DNA of 64,000 nucleotides from an uncultured Mycoplasmatota bacterium (GCA_900551455.1 URVV01000004.1:18165-82164); one strand, 5' to 3'; shown: positions 39,442 to 50,899, numbered from the stretch's first letter. The notes: generated from the sequence alone by a model not told the origin. Numbers and translations are program-made.

Positions 39442-39948
39442 TCATATTTTTAGATTAATCTCCTTCTCACTAGAATCAAGAAATCTAATCTTAACTCCAC
39501 AAACTTTAAACATCCTAATAGAAGCTTCCATCTCATCACTATGATGATCATAATCATATGCCTTAGCATATATTACTTCCTTAATTCCTGACTGAATAAT
39601 TATCTTTGCACACTCATTACAAGGAAATAAATCAACATATATCTTTGCTCCTTCTAATTCCTTTCTACTACCACGATAATTAATAATTGCATTCATCTCC
39701 CCATGGCAAACATACAAATACTTCGTATCAAGTTTTTCACCTTCCCTATCCCACGGAAAAACCTCATCTCCATACCCATTTGGTGTTCCATTATAACCAA
39801 TTGATAAAATTCTATTATCACTAGAAACAATACAAGCCCCCACCTGAGTATTAGGATCCTTACTCCTCATCGCAGATAATTTAGCCACCCCCATAAAATA
39901 TTCATCCCAAGTTAAATAATTCTTTCTTTGCTTATTAATCTTTTTCAC
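39442..39948 (-). CDS. comEB: dCMP deaminase (ComEB)
   Basis: WDEYFMGVAKLSAMRSKDP...CHGEMNAI...PCNECAKIIIQSGI. Confidence 0.88.
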   Translation of the reverse strand: MKKINKQRKNYLTWDEYFMGVAKLSAMRSKDPNTQVGACIVSSDNRILSIGYNGTPNGYGDEVFPWDREGEKLDTKYLYVCHGEMNAIINYRGSRKELEGAKIYVDLFPCNECAKIIIQSGIKEVIYAKAYDYDHHSDEMEASIRMFKVCGVKIRFLDSSEKEINLKI

Positions 39949-40168
39949 ATTTACCTCCTCTTATAGGTATCGGATCATATCCTCCCCTATTAAAACAATT
40001 ACATCTCAATATTCTCTTAACAGTTAAATACATTCCCCTAAAAAAGCCATATTCACTCAATACACCTATTGCATATTCAGAACAACTAGGTCTAAATTTA
40101 CAATAACTATGCCATCTTCCTGGAATCTTTTGATAAAGTTTAATTAAATATATCATTAAATACTTCAT
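39935..40168 (-). CDS. yidD: membrane protein insertion efficiency factor YidD
   Basis: CKFRPSCSEYAIGVLSEYGFFRGMYLTVKRILRCN...GGYDPIP. Confidence 0.88.
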   Translation of the reverse strand: MKYLMIYLIKLYQKIPGRWHSYCKFRPSCSEYAIGVLSEYGFFRGMYLTVKRILRCNCFNRGGYDPIPIRGGKCEKD

Positions 40169-41088
40169 TACTTATTCACAAACAACTTATTAATATTCTT
40201 CCTAGGTATCATCATCTGAATATCCCTATCAATCGTAATCTCATAATCTTTAACAATTTTATCCAACTTCTCCCCATCAATACACCATGGCTTTTTTGGC
40301 TTCTTTACAAACTTAATTTTCAACTTATTCGCCTTATATGAATAAATTCCCGGAACCTTATGAACATCATACATTGTTAAAAAATACAAACTTCTAATAA
40401 TATCCTTCTTCTTACATATATTACAAAGTAATACCTCAAACTTATTATCATCTAATTTAACATCTCTATAAAAATTATTAATTCCAGAAATTCTATTAGC
40501 ACTAGAAACAATTATGAAAGAAAATAATCCCCTATACTCAACCCCATCTACCTCATATATAATCTCATTAAGTTTAGTCTTATCAAAAAATGATTTAACA
40601 CCCTCTCTTAAATAAGCCAAATACCCTAATCTCTTTTTAAGTTCCCTAGGAGTCTCATATGCTATATCAGTAAACTTACCAATTCCCGCTACATAAATAA
40701 ACGGTCTCCCATTAATAAGGCAAATATCTACATTCTTAACTACCCCCTCAAGTGTTAATTTAAGATTACCAATCATATTTTTCCCATACCCCATCATTAC
40801 TCCAATATCATTAGTAGTTCCACAAGGTATATGAGCACAAACCAATCGTTTACTACGCATATAATTACCCATTACAGATTCATTAAAAGTTCCATCTCCT
40901 CCAATAGACAAAACCAAATCTACAAACTCAAGATTCTTAACAATTTCACTAGCATGCCCCTTATATTCAGTATAATATATCTTGCTCTCATACCCATAAT
41001 CATTAAGTATCTTCTCAAATTGTGGTAAATACTTAAAATTAACCTTTCTCCCACTATGAGGATTATAAATAATAGCACATTTTTTCAT
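40168..41088 (-). CDS. dagK: diacylglycerol/lipid kinase (DagK/YegS family)
   Basis: CAIIYNPHSG...LVLSIGGDGTFNESV...HIPCGTTNDIG. Confidence 0.85.
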   Translation of the reverse strand: MKKCAIIYNPHSGRKVNFKYLPQFEKILNDYGYESKIYYTEYKGHASEIVKNLEFVDLVLSIGGDGTFNESVMGNYMRSKRLVCAHIPCGTTNDIGVMMGYGKNMIGNLKLTLEGVVKNVDICLINGRPFIYVAGIGKFTDIAYETPRELKKRLGYLAYLREGVKSFFDKTKLNEIIYEVDGVEYRGLFSFIIVSSANRISGINNFYRDVKLDDNKFEVLLCNICKKKDIIRSLYFLTMYDVHKVPGIYSYKANKLKIKFVKKPKKPWCIDGEKLDKIVKDYEITIDRDIQMMIPRKNINKLFVNK

Positions 41089-41219
41089 AACTCACCCCAG
41101 TCACTTTCATTTTATCATAATATTAGTATTTTTCCTATATTTCTCAATAAAAAACTACATATCTACATTTATGTCTATTATCTTTTATCTTTCCCTTTCT
41201 CTAACAATTCTTTATAACA

Positions 41220-41582
41220 TCATTTCATATTATTATCAATCCAAGTCATAATAACCTCAACTATATAATTAACCTCTCTATCAGAGAGAACTATCCCCTT
41301 ACTAATATGATGCCACTTTTCAATACATCCTCTACAACAAGTAGCACTAGCATGCTGTGCCACAAATACAGGATGTCCCCTCATCGGAGTTTGTTTTCCA
41401 TCATTAACCAATCTTCCGTCTCTAATTCTTTTATTAACAAAATCATAAGCATGCTCCTGGATCTTCTCAATACCCTTTTCTCTAATATAAAGTATATCCT
41501 TATCACTAAGTCTAAAACTACTTCTAAACTTAGACCTCTGGAGCCTATCCAATACTGTATAAATTCTATCATCTACACCCAT
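41220..41582 (-). CDS. DUF4186-family protein
   Basis: LQRSKFRSSFRLSDKDILYIREKG...HPVFVAQHASATCCRGCIEKWH. Confidence 0.7.
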   Translation of the reverse strand: MGVDDRIYTVLDRLQRSKFRSSFRLSDKDILYIREKGIEKIQEHAYDFVNKRIRDGRLVNDGKQTPMRGHPVFVAQHASATCCRGCIEKWHHISKGIVLSDREVNYIVEVIMTWIDNNMK

Positions 41583-41657
41583 ATCTATATCACAACAACA
41601 TTATAACATAAACAACTAAAAAGAAAAGACCTATTTTAGGTCTTTACAAATCTATTA

Positions 41658-42014
41658 TTATCTAAATTGACAACAAGAACCACATTGTTGATTAGTAACA
41701 ACATTTTCTTCACTGCAAGTATAATGCGGTTGATATGTATGTCTAAATATATGGTTGTTAATTATCTTAGTATTTATTGGACATATATGTTTAACTTCGT
41801 GTACAATATTTCTTTGAATACATCTTTCTCTACCAGCCTCTACTATAGGTCCAGATTGCATACCAAAACTCATATCATTAACTTCATTCATATTAACATT
41901 TTGGTTAACATTAGTATTGGTATTAGTATTCATATTACTATTATTAATATTTATATCGATTCCATCCCCTAATCCATAATTCATGTCTGGTCTAAAATCA
42001 TCGTTATATAACAT
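41658..42014 (-). CDS. CotD-like spore coat protein
   Basis: N/T-rich low-complexity N-terminus, then IVHEVKHICPINTKIINNHIFRHTYQPHYTCSEENVVTNQQCGSCC, which resembles the CotD His/Cys-rich core. Confidence 0.55.
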   Translation of the reverse strand: MLYNDDFRPDMNYGLGDGIDININNSNMNTNTNTNVNQNVNMNEVNDMSFGMQSGPIVEAGRERCIQRNIVHEVKHICPINTKIINNHIFRHTYQPHYTCSEENVVTNQQCGSCCQFR

Positions 42015-42269
42015 ATTTTTTTCCTCCTATCTATTCTTATAATATGACATATATAAAATAATGACTGTGATAAAATCACAAAAAATTATGTTATAGAAAA
42101 ACATTATATACTATAAATTAACCTCATTACAATACAATAAAACAAATAATCCCAGCAATAAAAAAGAAAGATAAATGAAGTTGCCAATGAAAAATAGACC
42201 CTTTCAACAGTAAAACTTTTCTATAATTAGGTGTATTGATGTACCTTATGTATTAATGAGAATAATCAG

Positions 42270-42611
42270 TTAATTTAGCGAACTGTTTCTACATAAGCTT
42301 TCCTTCTTTTCCAAAATTTTTAATGTAGATACTACAATTTCATAAATATTAAGACTTAGTTCCATATAAACATCATCTTCTAAATGAGTAGGTAGGTCAC
42401 TTAATGTTCTATATAGATAATATTTAATATTTACTTCATTAATATTTAGTATTTGAGATGTTTCTTTTATTTTATATCCTATACAATAATATAAATAAAA
42501 TATTCTATTAATAAGAATAAATTTTTTAGTTAATGATATTTTAGGTATTTTAGTAATTTTATCCTTAACACTTAAAGGAAATTCTAAATGTTCTATGGTT
42601 ATTTTTATTTG
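42270..42611 (-). pseudogene. sigma-70 region-4-like HTH ORF with no canonical start codon
   Basis: Stop-to-stop frame QIKITIEHLEFPLSVKDKITKIPKISLTKKFILINRIFYLYYCIGYKIKETSQILNINEVNIKYYLYRTLSDL... AAAGGAGG lies 8 nt before an ATA codon. There is no ATG/GTG/TTG near the 5' end. Confidence 0.35.
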
Positions 42612-42667
42612 TTAATCCTCCTTTCATATATGAAAAAATCCCATATCAACAAGTGATATAGGATATT

Positions 42668-42700
42668 CTATAAAAATAAAACTCACACAAAAGTGTGAGT
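42668..42700 (-). terminator. rho-independent terminator-like hairpin
   Basis: ACTCACAC-aaaa-GTGTGAGT followed by TTTTATTTTT on the minus strand, just downstream of the CTCAATGGAGC copy at 42707-42717. Confidence 0.5.
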
Positions 42701-42813
42701 AATTCTCTCAATGGAGCCGTAGTTGAGTGATTACACAACTTTTTCTCACATGAGGATGATATATAAATCATCCATCTATAAATATTATAGCACTTTTTTT
42801 GTTTTAATAATAT

Positions 42814-44613
42814 TTATTTTAAATAATTGTTAATAATTTTTTTGTAATCTTTTTCATTACTATTTTTAATAACTATTTTCATTTTAAATTTGTTTGTTAT
42901 AGTTTTAAAATACTGATTAATCAAATCTTTATCAAATTTAAATATAAAGTTTAAAAATAAGTTATCTTCTTTATCATCCTCTAAACAATATTTTAGTATA
43001 TAGTTATAATCTTCTTGTGAATAATTTATTAAATCTTTAACACCCCAATTTTGTTGATTTTTAAACAATAATTCTAAGTGTTCTTTAACGAATTTTCTAC
43101 AGAAATCTAAATCAATTCCATAATAATCACTATATATGTTGTGTTCCCAATTATTATTTTCCATTTTTATTAATGCAAGTAATGTTAAATGAATTGCTAC
43201 TCTCATTTCTTCAGATTCCAAATTCATTCCAATAAATAATTTAAAACTTCGCTCATCTTTATTTTGAAGTGTTCTTAATAAAAGAAGCGCTGTTGCTTGA
43301 CCTAATATGTGAGGTTTCATTTTTCTTTCTTTTGGCTTTATATAGTCGTAAGAAAAATTTGTAATATCTCTAATAATATTGCAACCATTATGAGCTGACA
43401 TTCTATAAATTTCATGTAATTCAGTATAGCAATTTAATTTTTCTCTTTCACTTAAGTATTTATTATTATAAACATTACTATATACTATATCAAAATAATC
43501 ACTGTTATAGTGATAAATAAAATTTAATTTTATTTCTGGCCAATTTATATAAGAATAATCATTAGTTAAAGCAAAATGTTGTTGTATTTCTATATTAGTT
43601 ATTATAGGAGATAACATACTTAGATAATTTTTTGTTTCGTATTCATTATTAAAATCCATTATTTTATTAGCTATATCTTTAAAAATTTTATTCATACCAT
43701 CATAACTTATAAAGATATTATGAAAATTAAATCTTGAAAGAATCCAATTGTAATATTGAATGGCTCTAGTTAAATCTTTAAAATATATAAAATGTTCTAT
43801 TACTTCTATAAAATCATTTACTATACTCGGTGCATATGACATATTCAAATGATATTTTTGTAATTCCTTAGGTATATTAAACAATATTCGATCAATTAAA
43901 ACTTTGTACATGTTTATATTTTTTATATATGAATTGTCATTATTTGCAATCAGTTTTATTGTTTCTTCTTTTAAATTTATTAACAGAGGGGAATTGTAGT
44001 CTTTAGGAGGAATATTGTTAATTATATTTTTTTCGCATTCTAAATAGTATTTTGAATATAGCAATTTTACATATTTTTTTGTTGTGACAAAGATTGTTCC
44101 TATTTTTGTTATAATGTATATTAGAACAAAGATTGATAATAAAAATAGTGAAATTATTAAATTAGAACATTCTTTTTTTATTGTTAATGTAACATTAATA
44201 ATCATTGAAACATATAAAAGAAACATTGGCAAATAAAATTTTAATAATTTTTTACCAAACAATAAATTTGTTGTTTTTTCTCCAAGGATATGTTTATCCT
44301 CGACACTCGATACAAGTGATAGTACAGCAGTGGTCAAAAATGTACTTCCTATTTGAGATATTACCAAATCTTTATAAATATCTTCGTATTTAATATCCAT
44401 TATTTTAATAAATTTCCATGAATGAAAATCAAATGAAATGACATTTAAAATTTTCAATATGAATAAGTATATTGTGATAAATAATATAAATTTTAAACAA
44501 TTATAAATTAAATTTGTTTTTGGAGTCCATTTATGTTCTGCTTTTTTTAAATAATTATCAATATTCCATTTATTTTTTTTAATCGACATTTTAATTTTTG
44601 CTATTTTTTTCAT
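42814..44613 (-). CDS. large uncharacterized membrane protein (N-terminal multi-TM region + about 400-aa helical soluble domain)
   Basis: ATG at 44613 follows GGGTGGGA (the track start 44676 is less likely). Hydrophobic helices run through about residue 200. No catalytic motif recognised. Divergent from the R-M operon. Confidence 0.6.
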   Translation of the reverse strand: MKKIAKIKMSIKKNKWNIDNYLKKAEHKWTPKTNLIYNCLKFILFITIYLFILKILNVISFDFHSWKFIKIMDIKYEDIYKDLVISQIGSTFLTTAVLSLVSSVEDKHILGEKTTNLLFGKKLLKFYLPMFLLYVSMIINVTLTIKKECSNLIISLFLLSIFVLIYIITKIGTIFVTTKKYVKLLYSKYYLECEKNIINNIPPKDYNSPLLINLKEETIKLIANNDNSYIKNINMYKVLIDRILFNIPKELQKYHLNMSYAPSIVNDFIEVIEHFIYFKDLTRAIQYYNWILSRFNFHNIFISYDGMNKIFKDIANKIMDFNNEYETKNYLSMLSPIITNIEIQQHFALTNDYSYINWPEIKLNFIYHYNSDYFDIVYSNVYNNKYLSEREKLNCYTELHEIYRMSAHNGCNIIRDITNFSYDYIKPKERKMKPHILGQATALLLLRTLQNKDERSFKLFIGMNLESEEMRVAIHLTLLALIKMENNNWEHNIYSDYYGIDLDFCRKFVKEHLELLFKNQQNWGVKDLINYSQEDYNYILKYCLEDDKEDNLFLNFIFKFDKDLINQYFKTITNKFKMKIVIKNSNEKDYKKIINNYLK

Positions 44614-44719
44614 AATTATCCCACCCAACAAAAATAAATTGCTATTATTATAACATATTTTAAGTATTATCAACAAAAATAACTGTGTTATATGTTATAA
44701 TATATACGAGGTGTAATGT

Positions 44720-45586
44720 ATGAGTGATAACTTGATATTTTTTATGAATGCTTTTTTGTTTGAATTGGAAGAATCATTAAATAATAATTTGGCATACTTT
44801 GATGATGTTAAATTCCAATTTGATGAAGCAAATACGGATCAACAAATAAAAATAAAGATTAAAGAATTCATTTTAAGTAATTTTAAAAGTATTAATAGTG
44901 TCACTGAAATAAAAAGTAATGGCAAGGATACTTATATTTCAAAAGATGATTTTAGTATTTCGAATGTTAAAGTTCCATCAGAATTAACAGATGATGATAG
45001 AAATTATATTCGAAGTACTAGAAATGCTGTATATACTAATCCGGACTTACTATTTATTATAACTGATGGAGAAAATAACTATAGAATTCCTGTTGAAGTG
45101 AAAAGTACAAAAAATAATAATATTCCTGGGTCTAGTGTACAGCAAATAGATGCAAATGACTGGGTAATATTTTTGAAACATGATGATAAACATATTTTGG
45201 AATTTGTTACTGGAAAATATATTGATGCAATAAGCGGTACAATGCAATTTCCTGATAGAAGTCCTAGACCACAAGTATCTTATAATATATTAAAGAATTG
45301 GAATAGAGATTATAGAACCTTTAAAAATGGTATTCTAGCTTTTGAAGAGGATAAAGATAAAGATGATAAACTTCAATTAATTGAAGATTGGCAAATGCTA
45401 TTGTCGAAAAGATGGTTAGGTTTATTGAAACAAAAAAAGAAATTTTATAATGAACCTTGGTTTAATAATAATATAAGAAAATTTTCAGTATTGTTACTAG
45501 AATATTATGATTCATTAAGCAATGAGGAAAAACAAGAATACATAAATTTTATTAAGGATAATATTACAGGAGAAACCAATGACTAA
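44720..45586 (+). CDS. type II restriction endonuclease candidate (PD-(D/E)xK)
   Basis: LLFIITDGENNYRIPVEVKSTK fits D-x(n)-E-x-K. GAGGTG SD. The 3' end overlaps the methyltransferase start by 8 nt. Confidence 0.6.
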   Translation: MSDNLIFFMNAFLFELEESLNNNLAYFDDVKFQFDEANTDQQIKIKIKEFILSNFKSINSVTEIKSNGKDTYISKDDFSISNVKVPSELTDDDRNYIRSTRNAVYTNPDLLFIITDGENNYRIPVEVKSTKNNNIPGSSVQQIDANDWVIFLKHDDKHILEFVTGKYIDAISGTMQFPDRSPRPQVSYNILKNWNRDYRTFKNGILAFEEDKDKDDKLQLIEDWQMLLSKRWLGLLKQKKKFYNEPWFNNNIRKFSVLLLEYYDSLSNEEKQEYINFIKDNITGETND

Positions 45587-46589
45587 ACAAAAATATAAAG
45601 TAGTATCCTTGTTTTCTGGATGTGGCGGTATGGATTTAGGATTTGAAGGGAACTTTACTTATTTAAATAAAAAATATGCTGCTAACCCTTTTGAAATAGT
45701 TTACTCCAATGATTTTGAAAAGAAAGCGTGCGAAACATATAATTATAATTTCAAAACAAAAATAGTTTGTGATGATATAAATAATATAGATGAAAAAGAC
45801 ATTCCAAATTGTGATATAGTTATAGGTGGATTTCCATGTCAAGACTTTTCTTTAGCTGGTAAAAGAAAGGGATTTAGTAGTCAAAGAGGACAACTTTATA
45901 AACAAATGTTAAGAATTGTAAAAAGTAAAATGCCAAAAATATTTGTAGCAGAAAATGTTGAAGGAATTAGTATAAATATTGAAAATAGTTCTCCGTTATT
46001 GAAAATAATTGATGAGTTTAGACATGTAGGTTATAAAGTTGATTATCAGTTATTTAATACTGCTGATTATGGAGTTCCTCAAACAAGAAAAAGGATTATT
46101 ATAATAGGAGTCCGTGATGATTTAAACATATTACCCAAATTTCCTAAACCAACATTAACTTCAAATACTTGGATTACCGCAAAAGATGCTATAGATGATT
46201 TATGGGATAAATTGGATACAGGTTATGTAAAAAATCACACTTCAAAGGATTATTCAAAAGCAAAATTTTCAGAAAATGGTAAGGGTCAAGGAAACAGACA
46301 AATTGAGGCTGATAAACCATCTATAACTATAAGAGCTGAACATCATGGAAATATAGAAGGCCATTATAGAAGTATGAATCCTAAAGAACCTAATAATAAA
46401 AATTTTTGGAGAAGATTATCAATTAGAGAATGTGCAAGAATTCAAAGTTTTCCAGATAGCTTTGTATTTCCATGTGCGGCTTCTTCTGCATATAAACAAA
46501 TAGGAAATGCTGTCCCACCTGTTTTTGGATGGCATATTGCAAATAATGTGCTTGAAATTTTAGAGCAAATTGAAAAAGATGATTTATAG
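45579..46589 (+). CDS. DNA (cytosine-5)-methyltransferase
   Basis: Motif I SLFSGCGGMDLGF, motif IV GGFPCQDFSLAG, motif VI ENVEG, motif VIII QTRKRIIIIG, motif X GNAVPP. Confidence 0.95.
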   Translation: MTKQKYKVVSLFSGCGGMDLGFEGNFTYLNKKYAANPFEIVYSNDFEKKACETYNYNFKTKIVCDDINNIDEKDIPNCDIVIGGFPCQDFSLAGKRKGFSSQRGQLYKQMLRIVKSKMPKIFVAENVEGISINIENSSPLLKIIDEFRHVGYKVDYQLFNTADYGVPQTRKRIIIIGVRDDLNILPKFPKPTLTSNTWITAKDAIDDLWDKLDTGYVKNHTSKDYSKAKFSENGKGQGNRQIEADKPSITIRAEHHGNIEGHYRSMNPKEPNNKNFWRRLSIRECARIQSFPDSFVFPCAASSAYKQIGNAVPPVFGWHIANNVLEILEQIEKDDL

Positions 46590-47957
46590 GGATATTCCAG
46601 AATCATCTTTTTCTTTGCCAAAATTATCATTATAACCTAAAATATTATCAAATGTTTTTTCACTAATAATTTGATTATTATACATGTCATCAACAACTTC
46701 TGTATAAATGTCTTCTTTATCTTTTCTATTAAGCATTCTTTTTAAGAATTTAACTAGTTTTTCAAATAAATGTTGCAGTCCTTGAAGTTGATATTTTAAA
46801 TCAAAATTATCATTTTTTAATTCTTTTATTTGTTTTTCTTGAGTTTCTACTTTTTCATTTAAGTTATCAACTCTTAACTCTAGCGTTTCATTATTCTCTC
46901 TCAAACTTTTAAGTTTTCTACTATCTTGTCTTGCTTGTTTAGTAATAATATTTAAGTTTGCCGATAATTCTTTTACATCTCTATAATCATCTGTAATTTT
47001 ATCAACTTTATCAATATAGTCTTCCAATTTATCTTTTTGTTCTTTAGAAATAATAAATAAATTATCTTTTAATAGAACTTTCTTAAGATTTTTTATTTCA
47101 TTCTTAATAATATTAGAATTAGATTTTAATTCTAAAGAATTATTACTTATTGAATCTATTTCTTTTTGATGTTTTTCAATTAAGTTTTTAGTTTCTTGAT
47201 AATTAGACATGTCAGATACATTAATATCTCTATTTCTACCTTTTAATTTTTGTTTTAAAGTAGCATCCAGATTATATTCTTTGTTGTATTCTTCAATACA
47301 TAGAGTTCTCATCTTATCTTGCAACTCTTTTAATGAATTTCTAGTAAACACATCTGTTTTGCCAACTTGAGTTGTCATTCCAGTTTTACAATTATACTTT
47401 ATAGGAACACCTACAATGTGCATGTGAGGACTAGTCTCATCATAATGAATTATTGCACTACACACTTTAAAATTTGGTATTAATAACTCTAAATCATCCA
47501 CTTGTTTTGAATATACATTAGTCATTTTATATTTATATTTTAAATCCTTTGTGTCCCAAAATTTCTTATCTCCAAGTTCAATTATAATCTCGCAAGCTAA
47601 ATCACTTTTAGAATTATCACTTACTTTTTTGAAATAATTATCTATCTTTCTATCTTCTCTTGTTTGCTTATTATTGTATTCTAATCTTGCTTCTTCAAAT
47701 TCGTTTTTATAAAAATCTTGAACATCTTTATAAAGGGAAGAAGTACCTTTTACAATTACAATCTGTTCTTGTTCATTGTCATATTTTCTATAATTATGAT
47801 TATCACATTTTGATAAAGTCTTGGCATTTTGTATTCCATTATTAGTCATTGAAGTTGTTCCACTCACGTTATTTTTAGCAGAACTTCTAACACTATTTTT
47901 TTTATTCTTATCACTACCCAAATGGAAAGAATATGCTAATTCACTTATAAAAATCAT
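46584..47957 (-). CDS. MobV-family (Mob/Pre) relaxase
   Basis: CDNHNYRKYDN (HxxR) and HYDETSPHMHIVGVPI (HxDExxPHxH), with a coiled-coil C-terminus. The SD abuts the ATG, so the exact start is uncertain. Confidence 0.85.
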   Translation of the reverse strand: MIFISELAYSFHLGSDKNKKNSVRSSAKNNVSGTTSMTNNGIQNAKTLSKCDNHNYRKYDNEQEQIVIVKGTSSLYKDVQDFYKNEFEEARLEYNNKQTREDRKIDNYFKKVSDNSKSDLACEIIIELGDKKFWDTKDLKYKYKMTNVYSKQVDDLELLIPNFKVCSAIIHYDETSPHMHIVGVPIKYNCKTGMTTQVGKTDVFTRNSLKELQDKMRTLCIEEYNKEYNLDATLKQKLKGRNRDINVSDMSNYQETKNLIEKHQKEIDSISNNSLELKSNSNIIKNEIKNLKKVLLKDNLFIISKEQKDKLEDYIDKVDKITDDYRDVKELSANLNIITKQARQDSRKLKSLRENNETLELRVDNLNEKVETQEKQIKELKNDNFDLKYQLQGLQHLFEKLVKFLKRMLNRKDKEDIYTEVVDDMYNNQIISEKTFDNILGYNDNFGKEKDDSGISL

Positions 47958-47997
47958 CTCCTTTTTAATGGCTTTATTTTGGATGTCAAAATATATA

Positions 47998-48206
47998 ACC
48001 CCCTAGATATCTTGTCATGCTAACAAGATATCAGTGGGCTAAGGAATATTCCTTAGAATCCTTTATGCAATACTTTGTAATGAAACTATGTACTACATAC
48101 TTTCAAAACTTCGTATTGTAATGATGAAAATATTTTATCTTCATAAAACATTTTCCTTTGTTAAAATGCTATCGCCACTTTCATTACTTCGTAACAAAAC
48201 GTGCCA
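47998..48206 (-). other. conserved noncoding module upstream of mob (putative oriT), homologous to 7871-8085
   Basis: Minus strand from 48206 reads GTGGCACGTTTTG-TTACgaaGTAA-TGAAAGTGGCGATAG. Also an 18-bp perfect palindrome CTAAGGAATATTCCTTAG (48039-48056) and a 10-bp-stem hairpin GATATCTTGT/ACAAGATATC (48006-48032). Confidence 0.55.
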
Positions 48207-48212
48207 CGCATT

Positions 48213-50192
<1,980 letters not shown>

Positions 50193-50336
50193 CTAAATAC
50201 TACTGACTCCTCAAAATAATTGATATTAATTAATTTTAATTGTCTGTGTTTATATTTCATAGATGTACTTCCATTTCTAGATCATACCTCTTTCATTGGT
50301 TATATATAGTATCACTTTTGAAAATAATGTCAATAG

Positions 50337-50609
50337 TTATAGATTTTTAATAAACTCTTGTAAATCACTAATATTAATATGTTTTTGTAAATTTTCTACA
50401 TAAACATCTCTACCATGATTAAAAGCTAGAAATGTTGTACCTTTGATGATTATTTTATTTGGTTCTATATAATTGATATTTGTTTTCTCAACTTTACGAA
50501 TAGAACCATTGATAAACGTAGGCGTAGTATTACAAAAATCGCAAATAAACTGGATTCTTGTTTTAAGCTCTTCATCAATAGGTATTTCTTTTGTTATAAC
50601 TTTTAACAT
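50337..50609 (-). CDS. hypothetical 90-aa protein at the element C terminus, upstream of the LSR gene
   Basis: AAAGGATGGTGA SD. No motif. Confidence 0.45.
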   Translation of the reverse strand: MLKVITKEIPIDEELKTRIQFICDFCNTTPTFINGSIRKVEKTNINYIEPNKIIIKGTTFLAFNHGRDVYVENLQKHINISDLQEFIKNL

Positions 50610-50680
50610 AATTCACCATCCTTTCTTTTTGGATGGATGATTTATATATCTTCCAAGCTCACACGTGGGAGTTCGAGACA

Positions 50681-50707
50681 CAAAAAAATCTATCTTTCGA
50701 TAGATTT
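50681..50707 (-). terminator. rho-independent terminator downstream of tRNA-Gly
   Basis: AAATCTATC-tttc-GATAGATTT followed by TTTTTTT on the minus strand. Confidence 0.6.
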
Positions 50708-50757
50708 ATATATCAAACTCGGTAATTGTTCCGAGCAGATTCCTCAATGGAGCAGAT

Positions 50758-50832
50758 GAGGGGAGTCAAACCCCCGTCACAGCCTTGGCAAGGCCGTATT
50801 CTAGTCGTTGAACCACATCTGCATAATCAGTA
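50758..50832 (-). tRNA. tRNA-Gly (anticodon GCC) with non-canonical D-loop and T-loop
   Basis: Hand fold: GCAGATG-TG-GTTC-AACGACTA-GAAT-A-CGGCC-TTGCCAA-GGCTG-TGAC-GGGGG-TTTGACT-CCCCT-CATCTGC-T-CCA. All stems pair, but the D-loop has no GG and the T-loop is TTTGA rather than TTCGA. Confidence 0.7.
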
Positions 50833-50871
50833 AACTTAAAGTAACATCAACAAGTAAATTAATTATATCAA

Positions 50872-50899
50872 AAATAAATTAAAAATCAACCTTTTTATA
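50872..50899 (-). promoter_or_regulatory. candidate sigma-A promoter for tRNA-Gly
   Basis: Minus strand TTGATT - 16 nt - TGaTATAAT, about 40 nt upstream of the tRNA 5' end. The AT-rich context makes chance matches common. Confidence 0.3.

Noticed and set aside
41860-41960. Repetitive AAT/ACT-rich tract (NTNTNTNVNQNVNMN)
   Set aside because: It is coding low-complexity sequence within the CotD-like ORF, not a CRISPR array or a noncoding repeat array. No CRISPR-like spacing was seen anywhere in the window.
42713-42750. tRNA-like 5' fragment GGAGCCG-TA-GTTG-AGTGATTACA-CAAC on the plus strand (exact acceptor/U8/D-arm geometry)
   Set aside because: No anticodon stem, T-arm or 3' acceptor strand can be paired, either in the present arrangement or in the reconstructed empty site. 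At most it is a relic; it is not a gene.
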